From Macrostomum lignano (Eukaryota): DNA of 64,000 nt. Shown here one piece after another: positions 11,831-26,560 of this stretch. The notes below the pieces were generated by a model, which was given only the letters and a program-made list of their open reading frames with translations, was not told the origin of the DNA and ran no database searches. Within the stretch, counting starts at the first letter, position 1, and each line of letters opens with the position of its first letter. Location: assembly GCA_002269645.1 (NCBI GenBank), contig NIVC01000544.1, positions 124,001 to 188,000 on the forward strand, given 5' to 3'. Both the position numbers and the translations under genes were made by a program.

Positions 11831-12424
11831 GCTATAAAAAGTAAGCTACTGTACATTCTACTATTCAATAGGTAAATTCATTTGAACAATACAATGATCA
11901 AATTATTTCACCTAAACGGCAATGTGATTTTAAGAATATTTAATATTACCAAGTCTACATTATGCACTTTGTACGAGGTCAGAATTCCTTCACCATAACC
12001 ATTTAGCAGATAGTATTATAAGTGCTTAATACACTGGTATACCCACACAAATGCCTTGATTTATAGAGGTCCCAGTAAAAATTTATAGCCCGAAGGCTTG
12101 TTGCTTTCGAACAAACTACCAGAGCTGTAAATCTGCACTACCCCCCCCCCCTGTCTCCATTCGCTGGGGTCCCTCTTGGCGGATTGGAATGCAATGCCAG
12201 GGAAGGGGGCAAACCACACGGCAGAGATTTCATATGGCGAAGTACTGAATGACCGCATCGTAGAATCGATACGAGCGTAGGTTGAGTTTTGTCACACACT
12301 ATGTTGCGAAGGGCGCTTCGAACTTTTACGATCCTTGGCATAACTGGATGTTTGAGATTGCAAATTCGATGCTTGGAAATATGGGTCGATGAAGATACAG
12401 AACTTGGATTAATGGATGTCTTGG

Positions 12425-12665
12425 CTGTTGGGGAGAAGTAAGAGAAGTGGGGAGTGAGGTGGGTGTCGGGAGGGGTAAGAGAAGTGGGGAGTGAGGTGGG
12501 TGCATGGAGGGTAAGAGAAATGAGGAGTGGGGTGGGTGTATGGAGGGGTAAGAGAAGTGGGGAGTGAGGTGGGTGTATGGAGGGGTAATAGAAGTGGAGA
12601 GTGAGGTGGATGTAGGGAGGGGTAAGAGAAGTGGAGAGTGAGGTGGGTGTAGGGAGGGGTAAGGT
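12425..12665. repeat. ~37-bp G-rich tandem repeat
   Basis: AAGAGAAGTGG recurs with a ~37-bp period. Confidence 0.85.
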
Positions 12666-12831
12666 AGAAATTGACATGAATACGCTCGTATATTTTAGGA
12701 TTTCCACTAAAAATCTTCAAAAACAGCTATAAAAAAGTTTCTTTTGCTCGCAATTCAAGCTGAAAAGTAAAAAATCATCTTGACAGCAATTATTTTAACT
12801 CATAATCATTGACTACCATTGGCTGCCTTAC

Positions 12832-13003
12832 CCCGGATGTGCAATCGTATCGTTGATGCCTAGAAAGCAGCGGTTGCGCAGTACTCCTTTCCAAAGTTGC
12901 ACACCAATTATTCCAAATATGAAGAAAACGAAGAAGCAAAGTAAAAGAACATTTCCGAGCATTGGCAACGTGTCTAGTAGAAGCATCACCAGAATTCGCA
13001 TGC
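12832..13003 (-). CDS. Cav3: Cav3 exon 4 (IS5)
   Basis: [48 protein letters not shown]; AG/GT boundaries, phases consistent. Confidence 0.95.
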
Positions 13004-13024
13004 CTGAAAATGAGAGTTGTCTAA

Positions 13025-13445
13025 GCGTGAGGTGGGTGTCCGGAATGGGGTTAGAGAACCTATCTGGAGGCGTGAGGTGGGTGTCCGGGATGGGGTTAGA
13101 GAACCTATCTGGAGGCGTGAGGTGGGTGTCCGGAATGGGGTTAGAGAACCTATCTGGAGGCGTGAGGTGGGTGTCCGGGATGGGGTTAGAGAACCTATCT
13201 GGAGGCGTGAGGTGGGTGTCCGGGATGGGGTTAGAGAACCTATCTGGAGGCGTGAGGTGGGTGTCCGGGATGGGGTTAGAGAACCTATCTGGAGGCGTGA
13301 GGTGGGTGTCCGGGATGGGGTTAGAGAACCTATCTGGAGGCGTGAGGTGGGTGTCCGGGATGGGGTTAGAGAATCTATCTGGAGGCGTGAGGTGGGTGTC
13401 CGGGATGGGGTTAGAGAACCTATCTGGAGGCGTGAGGTGGGTGTT
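13025..13445. repeat. 45-bp G-rich minisatellite filling most of Cav3 intron 3
   Basis: GCGTGAGGTGGGTGTCCGGGATGGGGTTAGAGAACCTATCTGGAG, about 9 copies. Confidence 0.95.
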
Positions 13446-13510
13446 TGGGTGGGGAGTTGAGATGAATTTTTGCAGGTGAGCAGGTGCTCAAATCAGCGCA
13501 GAGCTCTCAC

Positions 13511-13608
13511 TCGGTATTCGATTAATTGCCCTCAGCGGTCGAAGAACTCGAATAGCTCTTATAGCTGTAAGGCTCAGGTCTTTAGTCTGAGGCAGATACT
13601 CGAGCAGT
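13511..13608 (-). CDS. Cav3: Cav3 exon 3 (IS4 voltage sensor)
   Basis: LLEYLPQTKDLSLTAIRAIRVLRPLRAINRIPS; TTTTCAG acceptor and GTGAGA donor. Confidence 0.95.
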
Positions 13609-14529
13609 CTGAAAATATGCGGTTTTATGGCTTTTAATGAATCACTTAGTCTACCATAGGTTTCACTATAGAAAAAAAACTGGTCGAGAAAAATGTGCAC
13701 TATACAGTGTAAAAAGAATCTTCAGCTGTCCATGGGCCTGAGGGGGCACCATTTTTTATTGTGGACATAATTCAGAATTTTTCTGCTTTCCAACATTTTG
13801 GCTGTACGAACTCTTCTTCTATAAATTAGCAATAAATCATTTTTAGTAGGACATAAAATTGGGAGGAAGCAGGATACTAATTCTAAATTTAAGAGGATTA
13901 AGAGGCCCAGCCAATGCCACTGATTGCATTTGCCCCCTGGGGGGATATTGGAGCCGCTAACTTTTCCCGAGCCAGCTAAATAAGATTCTCCCTGCTTTCC
14001 TTGGCATTATGGAAGCAGAAGTGGACGCCTCACTTCCCATTCTCTAATCCAGGCTTAGAAGGCCTCCAGAAGCAGAGTAAAGAAAGGAGAGGGAGGGGGG
14101 AGAAGAAAAAAAAAAGTAAAAAAAGAGCTTCTAAACTTTCCCTAGAGAACTTTGCAGTGAGCCTCCGGAGGCACTTATTATTGGTGTGCCAGGGATTTGG
14201 AGGGCGCAGATTTAATTGTCTGGCTCACTGCTGCCCTCCAACCCTTCTCTGCTCTGCTGTGCGCATAAATCTTGACTTGAACTTCAGGAGACAGAGGTCG
14301 GATCTTATAGGATCTAATCTCCGACAATTACTGCTTTATTTATTGCATTATTATATTGTGCTGTCTAGAGTCCTGTTTAGGGTGGGGAGGGCACTTCTAC
14401 TTCTATGAGCTCGCACGATTGGTTTCAGGGTTCGATAGAGCGTGAAATTAGCGCTTATTTGACTAGTGTTGTGTTGCTTGGAGGGCGGAAAAGGGCAAAG
14501 ACGGCAAGAGGGAACAGGGTTGAGAAGCT

Positions 14530-15705
14530 AGACAGAAAAAAGGTAGAGGGGTGTAGAAGGAAGATGGTAGAGAGGTGTAGAAGGGAATCGGTAGAGGTGT
14601 AGAAGGAAGCTGGTAGAGAGGTGTAGAAGGAAGATGGTAGAGAGGTGTAGAAGGAAGATGGTAGAGAGGTGTAGAAGGAAGATGGTAGAGAGGTGTAGAA
14701 GGAAGTCGGTAGAGAGGTGTAGAAGGAAGATGGTAGAGAGGTGTAGAAGGAAGATGGTAGAGAGGTGTAGAAGGAAGATGGTAGAGAGGTGTAGAAGGAA
14801 GATGGTAGAGAGGTGTAGAAGGAAGATGGTAGAGAGGTGTAGAAGAAATTTGGTAGAGAGGTGTAGAAGAAATTTGGTAGAGAGGTGTAGAAAAAATTTA
14901 GTAGAGAGGTGTAGAAGGAAGTCGGTAGAGAGGTGTAGAAGGAAGTCTGTAGAGGGGTGTAGAAGGAAATCGGTAGAGAGGTGTAGAAGGAAATCGGTAG
15001 AGAGGTGTAGAAGGAAGATGGTAGAGAGGTGTAGAAGGAAGATGGTAGAGAGGTGTAGAAGGAAGTCGGTAGAGAGGTGTAGAAGGAAGCTGGTAGAGAG
15101 GTGTAGAAGGAAGATGGTAGAGAGGTGTAGAAGGAAGATGGTAGAGAGGTGTAGAAGGAAGATGGTAGAGAGGTGTAGAAGGAAGATGGTAGAGAGGTGT
15201 AGAAGAAATTTGGTAGAGAGGTGTAGAAGAAATTTGGTAGAGAGGTGTAGAAAAAATTTGGTAGAGAGGTGTAGAAGGAAGTCGGTAGAGAGGTGTAAAA
15301 GGAAGTCTGTAGAGGGGTGTAGAAGGAAATCGGTAGAGAGGTGTAGAAGGAAATCGGTAGAGAGGTGTAAAAGGAAATCGGTAGAGATGTGTAGAAGAAA
15401 TTTGGTAGAGTTATGTAGAAGGAAATCGGTAGAGAGGTGTAGAAGGAAGTCGGTAGAGAGTTGTAGAAGAAATTGGTAGAGAGTTGTAGAAGGAAGTCGG
15501 TTAGAGAGGTGTAGAAGGAAATCCGTAGAGAGGTGTAGAAGGAAATCGGTAGAGAGGTGTAGAAGAAATTTGGTAGAGTTGTGTAGAAGGAAATCGGTAG
15601 AGAGGTGTAGAAGGAAGTCGGTAGAGAGTTGTAGAAGAAATTGGTAGAGAGGTGTAGAAGGAAGTCGGTAGAGAGTTGTAGAAGAAATTGGTAGAGAGGT
15701 GTAGA
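14530..15705. repeat. 24-bp purine-rich minisatellite ATGGTAGAGAGGTGTAGAAGGAAG
   Basis: Visible tandem copies. Confidence 0.96.
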
Positions 15706-16200
15706 TTGCTGAGGCAGTAAAGTAGAATATAGAATCAATATATTAGACAGTGCACAGCGAATATTACTGTCACAAAAGGGTAGACAGGTGAATCAGTCAG
15801 GATGCATAGGCTTAATCAGAGCGCACACAAGAAGAGCAGACACAATAAAAAATCTATAAAAATATACAAAGGCATCAATGCAGACACAGGCGTCTCAGGT
15901 TAAAAAGAGCGAGGCCTCCAAAGGTTGGTTAATCGTCTCGTCGGCCTTTCTTTTCGGCCGCAAACAACAGCGTATCTATTGCAGTTATTCAGCGCCTTAG
16001 ACTGAGCACGTCAACCAGGTATAGACATTGATTGGCGAGTGAACCCAAGGGATTAGTATCGAGAAATTATAGGCTTACCTGAGAGTATTGAGCAACTAAG
16101 AGAACGCCGAAATATTTAAAGATTTGATTTTCTTCAGAAGTTTAAAGAGCGATGAATAATATGTCTATATGTACCTCTCACGTGTCTGTATCTATCATTC

Positions 16201-16900
16201 TGTACTTTGTGAAACAACACGATGATTCAGTGTTGTGACGCTACGGTCTTGTACTTTGCGAAACAACACGATGATTCAGTGTTGTGACGCTACGGTCTTG
16301 TACTTTGTGAAACAACACGATGATTCAGTGTTGTGACGCTACGGTCTTGTACTTTGTGAAACAACACGATGATTCAGTGTTGTGACGCTACGGTCTTGTA
16401 CTTTGTGAAACAACACGATGATTCAGTGTTGTGACGCTACGGTCTTGTACTTTGTGAAACAACACGATGATTCAGTGTTGTGACGCTACGGTCTTGTACT
16501 TTGCGAAACAACACGATGATTCAGTGTTGTGACGCTACGGTCTTGTACTTTGTGAAACAACACGATGATTCAGTGTTGTGACGCTACGGTCTTGTACTTT
16601 GTGAAACAACACGATGATTCAGTGTTGTGACGCTACGGTCTTGTACTTTGTGAAACAACACGATGATTCAGTGTTGTGACGCTACGGTCTTGTACTTTGT
16701 GAAACAACACGATGATTCAGTGTCGTGACGCTACGGTCTTGTACTTTGTGAAACAACACGATGATTCAGTGTTGTGACGCTACGGTCTTGTACTTTGTGA
16801 AACAACACGATGATTCAGTGTTGTGACGCTACGGTCTTGTACTTTGTGAAACAACACGATGATTCAGTGTTGTGACGCTACGGTCTTGTACTTTGTGAAA
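16201..16900. repeat. 49-bp near-perfect tandem array (~14 copies)
   Basis: TGTACTTTGTGAAACAACACGATGATTCAGTGTTGTGACGCTACGGTCT; no spacers. Confidence 0.97.
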
Positions 16901-17136
16901 CACTGCTCAATCCCTATGTAAAGTTGCGCTTGGTTTGGGCCGTCGGGGTTGGGGGCTGCTCTATTAGTATGTGTACTTGCATCTCGATTTCTTCTCCGTG
17001 CAGGCCCGCCACCCCAGTTGGGTGAGTCACTTTAATCGATCTATCATCGCTGACTATTTAATCGCTCCTAAATTATACTGCATCAAAATATACTTCGTAA
17101 ATTATCTCTAAATTCTCGGCTCTTACACCTACTCAC

Positions 17137-17382
17137 CCGGCGATCACAATAAAGAAGTCCAACCGATTCCAGGAGTCGCCCAGGTAGGCCAGCTGGCCCC
17201 AGAGGCCCATTGCGCACACCTTGGCGGCCAGTTCGCAAGCGAAAAATGCGAATACAGCGTGGTCAAAGCCGTGTAGCACCTGGCACCTGGTGGTGACGCA
17301 CTGCTCGTCCGTGCACGGTTGGTACATGCCGAGGGTGACGCAGTTGACTAGAATTACCAGCATGCTGACTCGCTCAAACCAA
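17137..17382 (-). CDS. Cav3: Cav3 exon 2 (IS1-IS3)
   Basis: [23 protein letters not shown]...[12 protein letters not shown]; AC acceptor and GTGAGT donor; phases join. Confidence 0.95.
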
Positions 17383-17829
17383 GTGCACCAAGATTCGGGT
17401 TTTGTTGCGGTTAAGTTAAGGAAAGTAAGTTGCATTTGAAAAAAACATTCATAGATTAACAAAATGACGTCAGAAACCTCAACAACTAGTTGACTCAACG
17501 ACTAGTTGACTGAATTGATATTTGAGATACCATAAGTTGATTCCTTGTCCTTCTTAAGATAGCTCGTATAAATAAAAGTCGTTTGGAAAACACAACAGTA
17601 TATGCACTTTTCTAAGAAGCGCTAGAAAAAATTCATCCGATTAGTTCTAGCTTCATCTTTACATCCCTTGCCGAAGGATGGACGATGAAATATGAGACTT
17701 GAGAACTATCAACTGCTGACGCTGTCCCGATATCTGTACGAGTGTACGCTTGTATTGGACGATTCGAGCAACAGATGAGTCGAGAGTGCACAAGCTAAAG
17801 GAGATTTGAATTTTATCTATTTATCTGCC

Positions 17830-18195
<366 letters not shown>

Positions 18196-20963
18196 TCTTT
18201 AAAGTGCAGATGATTACCAAAAAAAGTTTCGATTAATTTTAATTTTGACTTCATATATTCGAATAAAAAACCGTTTCGTAGAAAGGACCTGTATTTACAG
18301 CAAGTCAATTCTAGTCTGATATGCTTTTCCACTGTCGTAACTTCTCAGTATTCTTATTGGGAACTGAAAATGAAATAAAAAGTCTGCAAAAACACCTAGT
18401 ATGCACTTAAGTATACGAGCGTACTTAACGCACAGAAAGATTCTGATCTAGTATTTATGGACTCGTCACGCATAACTCAGAAACGATGGATTCTGCAAAT
18501 AGAAAGCATTGAAATCATCAGCTTGAAAGACCGGCTTATCTAGAAAGAGAGAGAGAGTGCGCTATGAATAGAAAGCAACTAGTTAATCCTATTTAAAGTC
18601 ACATATAGCTGATAAATTAACTTTTAACCCACTGAGCAGAGCTAAGTTAGTCTGAAGCTTTCACGACTGCTCAGTTTAGGCATTCCAGATTTATGACTAA
18701 ATATGAACTTCCCAAATCCCCTTTCTTAAGTCGGTAAAATTCTCTAGTTAAATTCAACACAAAAAATTAACACTTTTGCTGAGTTATAGTCTACAACGAA
18801 CTTGTTCAGAATGTAGTTGAGTCAAATCCGTAATCAAAGCCGGAGAAACTCGCGCACAAAACAATTCTGCCATTGTGTCTGGGTGAATGTTCTATAAATA
18901 CCATGGCCCATTACTTCTTAACTTTCGTTTGCGCGGTACGGCGTGAGTTAGTAGTGACTTTAGGCACCATTTTCCTGAAGAGACTGACGATAGCAACTGT
19001 ACAAGGTCAAAACGTACAGGTAGTTGATTCAACAATTTCGTTGCCTCTCCAAAGGGGGGGGGGCGACGATCGCTAGTCCAATATACTAAATTTATAGCTC
19101 TGCATGATGATCTGCTACCACCCTTTGCCAAGCTTCCTCACGTCCTCAACAGAAATCCTTGAAAATCTGTTTCTCAACTACCCTGACCAAGTGTATAATA
19201 TAATAGCCAGTAGAGGGGGAGGCACACTTCAGAATCAACAAGAAGCTACTCGTCGCGTGATCGATGCATGCCGAGAAAAATAACCCGAACCCCGTGTGTG
19301 CGTTAGCGCCATAATCCTCTGCACTCTATCCTTGATTGACGCTTTTTGCCACCTCCGCCGGCGTACCTGGCCGACAACCACCAGCAACCCCTGGGGCTGT
19401 CCATCTGCGCCAAGCTCAGCTTTCAATGCTTTCCATTCTAGCAGCTGGACTGCAACAGGCAAATGGGGGGGCAATATATGCGGAGAGGAGCTGCCGGAGC
19501 GGTGAAGGTCCTGTCAGCAGTGCCTGGGACCCCTTTTAGTCTTGTCTTACCATTGCCTTGTCTAGTGGCGACTTAGAATTCCTTTGACCCTGACCATAAA
19601 TACACTACACGGGCACTGTTCAGCCAAACCAAAGCCTAATGTATACAACAGCGTTTGGATGCTAATCTTAAGACATTCTTTTCATGCATTTAGTCACCCG
19701 AAATTCTGAATGAATGTCGGCGGAAACTTTGCGAAGGAATGTTATAGTATGGAGTCTGAAGTACATTAATACAACCGTGTTGTAATGGAAAATAAAGCAC
19801 CCACTACAGTGCTTGCTACATCGGACTAATTCTAAACCCCCAAAAGAATGGTTACTATGCCTGGAATTTTCGTCTGCTGCTAGACAGGTGCCGCGCATTA
19901 GTTCGCTTTTATTGCAGTCGCCTGGTGGGCATTACTTGTACCACGGCCTTCTCTTAATGACGCACCTGTGGTTTCGAGTCGTACTGCGTTTTCAAAGCAA
20001 AGCTTTTTTGGTTTTCTTCTTCCAGTTTTTGTCGTTAGTCGTTTTTAACGGGGGGATTTCTTCTCCGAATGGAAGCTTACCTAAAACTGAATAAAGCAGC
20101 AAATTTCGCATGTAGCGAACAGGATTTTTGCAAGTTTAATCCTTTTTTACGATAGCGTCGGTAGTATAAATATTTGCTAAGCTGATTCACGAGAGATTAC
20201 AATTAAGGGCTCTGAGCTCTCAACTACGCTAAGAACACACGGTTCGAGCCACAACTGGATGCACTAATTACGTCCAAAGTGCTAAACCGAAGCCAGTTTA
20301 ATAAGATTAATTAAGGGCCAGTTTTACTTCTAATTTTACGCAAATAAATACGCATTGTATCGTTGGAAGCAAGTTGGATCAGGCGCCCTACTTAGCCAGT
20401 ACAAGGAACGGGCTCTCAGTTTCATGCCTCATAAGCTAGTTCGGGAAAAAGGCACGAACGAACCTGCGGGGGCAAGAATGAAGAGGCGGGTGGCGCAGTC
20501 GGACCCATCGCGTTGCCAGATGGGTTTCAGTTTTCTGGATTCGCACAGACCCTGCCAGCATTCCTGGCCATGGCATGCATTGCGCTTTACTATTTATTAA
20601 TCTGGCCTAATCCGCTCTCTGTCTCTCTTTTTCGCTCTGTGATTTCTCTACCCCCCCCCCCCCCCAGCCTACAACCGGCTCCGGCATTCCAAAGCGGAAC
20701 CGTGTCTCTTTTGACCGTCACGCAATTCGATGCTTGATTTCACCTTTTTGTTGGTCATTTGACAAGCTATAATTTGGTGGCATATGTAGTAAGCCGTCCA
20801 CTTCGAGTGCGACAGGTTGGAAGCGATCTGGTTTTGCTTGGCAATGGGAAGAACAGGAAATGTCACGATGTAGTGCAAGATTTTGGTATTGCCTTGACCA
20901 TCCCGATTAGCTTCAAGGCTTCAAGGCATCCAAAACTGTATTCTATTTCTATTTTTATTTCTA

Positions 20964-21113
<150 letters not shown>

Positions 21114-22444
21114 ATATACATTTTAAACGATGTGAATAAGCTTGCACTGTCGGACAAGTGAGTTATTATGAGGCCTGCAATTTTTCTTCTTGATGGATAA
21201 ATTATGTATAAACTCTTGTGAAAGTAATGGTAATGAGTACAGCAATAATAACAGTGATTAGGAGGTGGAAATTCCCAGCAGACACCACCAATATAATGAA
21301 TCAGCGTTCTGTTGGGCCTTTGCCCAGCTGCTATGAAACAAATCAATGTTCTGCATGCTCTCTAACTTATTACGGTTAATCGGGAAAGTGGGCAGACTCC
21401 GTGCTTTAGGAAACTTTTGCATTGCAAATACGAACCAAATTTGAGATCGAATCTTGCATTGAGTAGGGCTTGTGGACTTTAACGTTGCTCCGTTTTTTGT
21501 CTGTTTTGCACAGAAATCGGTAAATTCGCAGCCTAAAGAAGGAGTTTTTCTGATTTTGAATAAAATTATAATTCTGATTAAAACCTAGCTATTTTCGTAC
21601 TCCAAAGACTGTGGCATAACTTTGGTTACTTTAAATATACTTAATCATATTGGAGCACAAAAACGAAAAGTATCTTATGGGCTTCTGAACTGAACCGTGA
21701 CAAATTAGCGATTCTTAATGAAAAAAAATTCAGTCCGCTTCCCGGACACTCAATCGAATTTAAGTGGCGCCTCTGGGCAGTTAACTAACTATACTCCAGG
21801 TGAACGAAATGTTGTTAGGAAACTGGTGTCCTTTTATTTTCATTATCATTATTGTCGGGGGAATTACCAATGGGAATCTGAGGCGCATAAGCGTTGAGTG
21901 CTTACCAGACTGCTCAGTGGAGCACGTCTGCGGGCCCCCCTCTGCCACCATCCGCCTCCGCCTTACCCTTATCTAGAGGATGAATATTTATTGCCCCGGG
22001 GAAGTGGGAAGTGGGCCGAAGAGAAATGAAGGAAGCGAAATGGAGACGAACAACCGGCTGCAGGCAAAAGGCGGGCAGACAGACAGAGGAGAGAAAGAAT
22101 AAGGGGAGCCCCTCAATTCTCGCCTATAATATTCGCTCGTGAATTCATGCTTCGCATTTCCGCTTCAATCACCGCATTACCCTTCCGTTCCCTCGTTGGT
22201 ATGCTTTGCTCAATTTCACATTTCAGCCCTGCCTGCTACGAGGTGCGCTGTTTAGATCGAGAGTCCGGCTAAAAAAATAAGGTAATAAAACTCGTTCTCG
22301 TTCTGCCCGCATGCAGGACGTTAAATTTAATGTCTCACGGTGCTAACCAAAAACTGATCGAACCCGATTCGAACTTTACAACCGATTTAACTTTCGCTCT
22401 CAGTAGCCTAAACCAAGCTTAACAGTATCGTAATATTTTTTCGG

Positions 22445-22950
<506 letters not shown>

Positions 22951-23994
22951 TTTGAGATAGAGTGTCAGGTCAAAAGTTTATCAGTTCAGACGCAGTCAGC
23001 AGCCAGCAGTCGGAGCTGTCACGCCGAGGCAGTGGCACACAATAGATCGCGCCAATCCATTGTTGTTGTTAAAGCAAGGAATCTTGTAAAGAAACAACTT
23101 CTCAACTGAGGCCCAAAAAATACCAGGATGCGTCAGAACCCTGCTGATGGCGGGTTCTTGTCCCATTACTAAACTGCTCTGCTAAGGTACGAGCGTACCC
23201 CCCTCTCTGATTTTTTTCTCTCAATTTCCCTCTCTAACTGAGTTGAGCTGCATGTCATGGAAATTGTGCAGAGAAAACGGGAAATCAGGTGAGACGCCTC
23301 AGATCTGTTCAACCGTTCTTCTTCTCTCTACGCAGCCAGCCTTTCAAAAACCCCTGTGACCTGAGAATTAATGACTTCGCCAGTTTTCAACGTACATTCA
23401 ATCGCAGGGAGCCAGGGAATTGAATAAGATTAAGATGCAATTGAGCCGTGGGTCTGTGTGTGTGTTTAAAGCATCCAGGAAGTTGGACAGACTGCATGGT
23501 CCTAGCCAGAAGGTAGAAGTTGGAACTTTGCTTTATCCAGTATTTACGCAGCGAGACTAGAAAGCGGCTTCTAGAAAAAGCGGGAGGGGGTTTCCTAGCA
23601 GAGTATATACTGGAGTTTGCACTGCAGTGCAGTTGGCAAAAGGTTTGGTTTTGTGTACTGAATAAATAGTTAAACGGATTATGGCATGGAGACTTTCTGG
23701 GAGCCGGTTCGGCTTATTTGAATTAACGATATGAGCTCCATATGGGATGCTCTCGAATGAGTAAGTCTTGAAGAAACTGGTGAGCAGTTTGTTTTGTTTG
23801 CTTATTTTTCTACTGGTGAGCTCTGTCGACAAACTCTCGTGTCGCTTTCGAGTTTTTGAACCGGGTCAGTATGGATCGAGTTTGATATTGAGGTCCTGTG
23901 GTGAAACCGGCCCCGAAAAAAATCGCAGGTTGAAGTTAAATGAGTATCGTCTCAAAATGAAAGTTGAGCACAAACCACGAGTGAAAAAGGATAT

Positions 23995-24206
23995 GGCCAA
24001 GTGATGACGCGTAGGCACCAGGCGCGCACTGGGTGCCGCTGATGCAGGTAGCGCAGCACAATGGGATAAAATCCTGGATATGGTATTTCCTCCTCGGCTC
24101 GAACTTCAATCTCAGGGCTGGCGTCGTCTGTTTCCATGGCAACGCCGCAGCCAGACGCCGCGGGCGACCAGGCCTCCTCGATGACGTCACCGCTAGACTG
24201 ATGCAT
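23995..24206 (-). CDS. Cav3 (CACNA1G/H/I orthologue): Cav3 T-type Ca2+ channel alpha1, first coding exon (N-terminus to start of IS1)
   Basis: MHQSS...IPYPGFYPIVLRYLHQRHPVRAWCLRVITWP matches the conserved Cav3 pre-S1 segment. The exon ends at an ATATCCTTTT donor. The start codon is uncertain. Confidence 0.85.
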
Positions 24207-24734
24207 TCATATTCAGTTGAGGCCCATCGGACTTCGACTGGAGCCGCTGGTTTGAAGTTTGAAAATTTGCGTGGGAGTGAAAACTGCACAGCTCTCCTCT
24301 TTCTTCTATCTGTCTGTCTGACTGACTCTCTGGAACAGAGCTGAGTGGCGCGCACACTTGGACATAGGAAGGGATATCTCTTTTCATCGCCTCCTTTTAC
24401 TACATAAGATGCAGCATCCCACTGTTCCCCCTTGGCAGATCCTACCACATCCTCTCCTCCCCCAACCCCCAGTCTCCGTCATCTAGCAGATCTGGGTTAG
24501 CATCGGACCAAAATCGGCTGGCCAATGAGAGCGGAGGTCCGCGGAGACATCTTCCACAGCTTGCTTGCGGCCCCTCAGGCTAGACAAATACATGCATATA
24601 CGTTTGCATGAGGTCCATGCAGCTATGCAAAAAATCTCCCTACTTCCTGGCCCTGCTATTGTTCGATACACCCCACCTATCCCTTTCCGTTTGTTCAGAT
24701 TATAGCGGCAGAGAACGAGCTCTCATACTATCGC

Positions 24735-24990
24735 TTGACTCTGACTGACTCTCGATTGACTCTGACTGACTCTCGACTGACTCTGACTGACTCTCGATTG
24801 ACTCTGACTGACTCTCGATTGACTCTGACTGGCTCTCGATTGACTCTGACTGAGTATTGATTGACTCTTAGCTGACTCTCGATTGACTCTGACTGACTCT
24901 TGATTGACTCTTTAGCTGACTCTCGATTGACTCTGACTGAGTATTGATTGACTCTTAGCTGACTCTGGATTTGACTCTGACTGACTCTTG
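24735..24990. repeat. 21-bp minisatellite GACTCTGACTGACTCTCGATT
   Basis: Visible tandem copies. Confidence 0.92.
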
Positions 24991-26124
24991 CGTCAATCGT
25001 GTTCGCAGGCACGCACTCATACAGAGCACACGCTCACACAAGATGCACAGCGGCCCTGGTTTTCGAATCGTCAGTCAAGGTACGAGCTGTGTGCACTCTG
25101 GTGACTTAGGGGTTTGCCTCCATCCCTAATGCCTTTATGATCTAAAAATGAGTAGAGTCAAACTGCATTATTGTACATAGTCAGTGAAAATGAGTGAATC
25201 GACCTTGGCCCATAGCTACACGATATCAACCACACAACAGATTTTAGGAGAGCGATGGCAGATGGCTAAAAGGCATTCTATCAGCTGCGGATACGCAATG
25301 CGGCCAGCTAGCTAATGCACTTACCGCGGTCTGAGACCCCGCCTGCAGCACCGGCCTCTGATTCTGTCTGCAGCCAATACCGGAAATCACTCCGCTACTC
25401 TGCATCCGCTTTCCAAAAGCAATTTGACTGTTAGACAGAAAAATTCAATTAATAATCGCATGACCTACTTTCATAACCCAAAGACCCCCTAGCTTTAGTT
25501 TGTTCAAAGGAAGACAATTACCGTTTTTTATGGTCTTTTCTACTTTAATTTTCTTCTAAAATCGCGATCCCATAAGCCTCGTTGCAAAAGAAGAGGTGTG
25601 AAGCAAACTGTGCACAGAAGCAGCTGAGGCAGCCGAAATACAGCTAACAGCTTTTTTACCTTCACATCCGGGTCCGGGTGTATGAGCGAGAATATAGCTA
25701 TTAGCTGGAGCTCTCGCTAGTTGATATAATCGACCCCATCTTTGCTCCATCTATGTTTCAAATTTCTATGATTTTTAATGACACGTCGTTAATTATAATA
25801 CTGCTATCTTGAGGCGATAAAATATTTATATTCACAGATTATTTTTTTGAAAAATAAACTTTGTGTTAGCTTTTACACGCACCTGGCCACTTTAGCATCC
25901 ATTTTTGGGAGACTTCGGACCTCACAATCAGATTCTTGGCCATTTTTGACAGCAATCGTTTATAGCTTGTCGGTTAGTCGAGCGTGGGATAAGTTAAGCG
26001 GAATTTGAACGATCGCTGTTAATATGTAAGTACATGTACACTACTAGAGAGCGCCTACACCAAGGCTCGGTAAACTCCGGTCCGCGAAGCCTTTTTCGGA
26101 AAGCCGATTCGTAAGAATCCTGGG

Positions 26125-26560
26125 AGGGCTTTGTACGAGTCTTTAGATGGTTTCTTACGAGTCTTCAGAGGGCTTCTTACGAGTCTTTAAATGGTTTCTT
26201 ACGAGTCTTCGGAGGGCTTCGTGCGAGTCTTCGGAGGGCTTCGCACGAGTCTTCGGAGGGCTTCCTACGAGTCTTCGGAGGGCTTCTTACGAGTCGTCAA
26301 AGGGTTTCTTACGAGTCTTTGGAGGGTTTCGTCGAGTCTTTGGAGGGTTTCGTACGAGTCTTTGGAAGGTTTCGTCGAGTCTTTGGAGGGTTTCGTCGAG
26401 TCTTTGGAGGGTTTCGTACGAGTCTTTGGAGGGTTTCGTACGAGTCTTTGGAGAGTTTCGTACGAGTCTTTGGGGGGTTTCGTACGAGTCTTTGGGGGTT
26501 TCGTACGAGTCTTTGGAGGGTTTCGTACGAGTCTTTGAAGGACTTCGTACGAGTTTTTGG
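26125..26560. repeat. 22-bp minisatellite CGAGTCTTTGGAGGGTTTCGTA
   Basis: Visible tandem copies. Confidence 0.92.

Noticed and set aside
12138-12420. Non-repeat part of the 189-aa minus ORF as a Cav3 exon or LINE tail
   Set aside because: Exons 4 and 5 already join in frame with continuous Cav3 sequence, and no convincing RT or endonuclease motif is present.
16201-16900. CRISPR-like palindromic repeat array
   Set aside because: Units are contiguous with no unique spacers, there are no cas genes, and the context is a eukaryotic intron.
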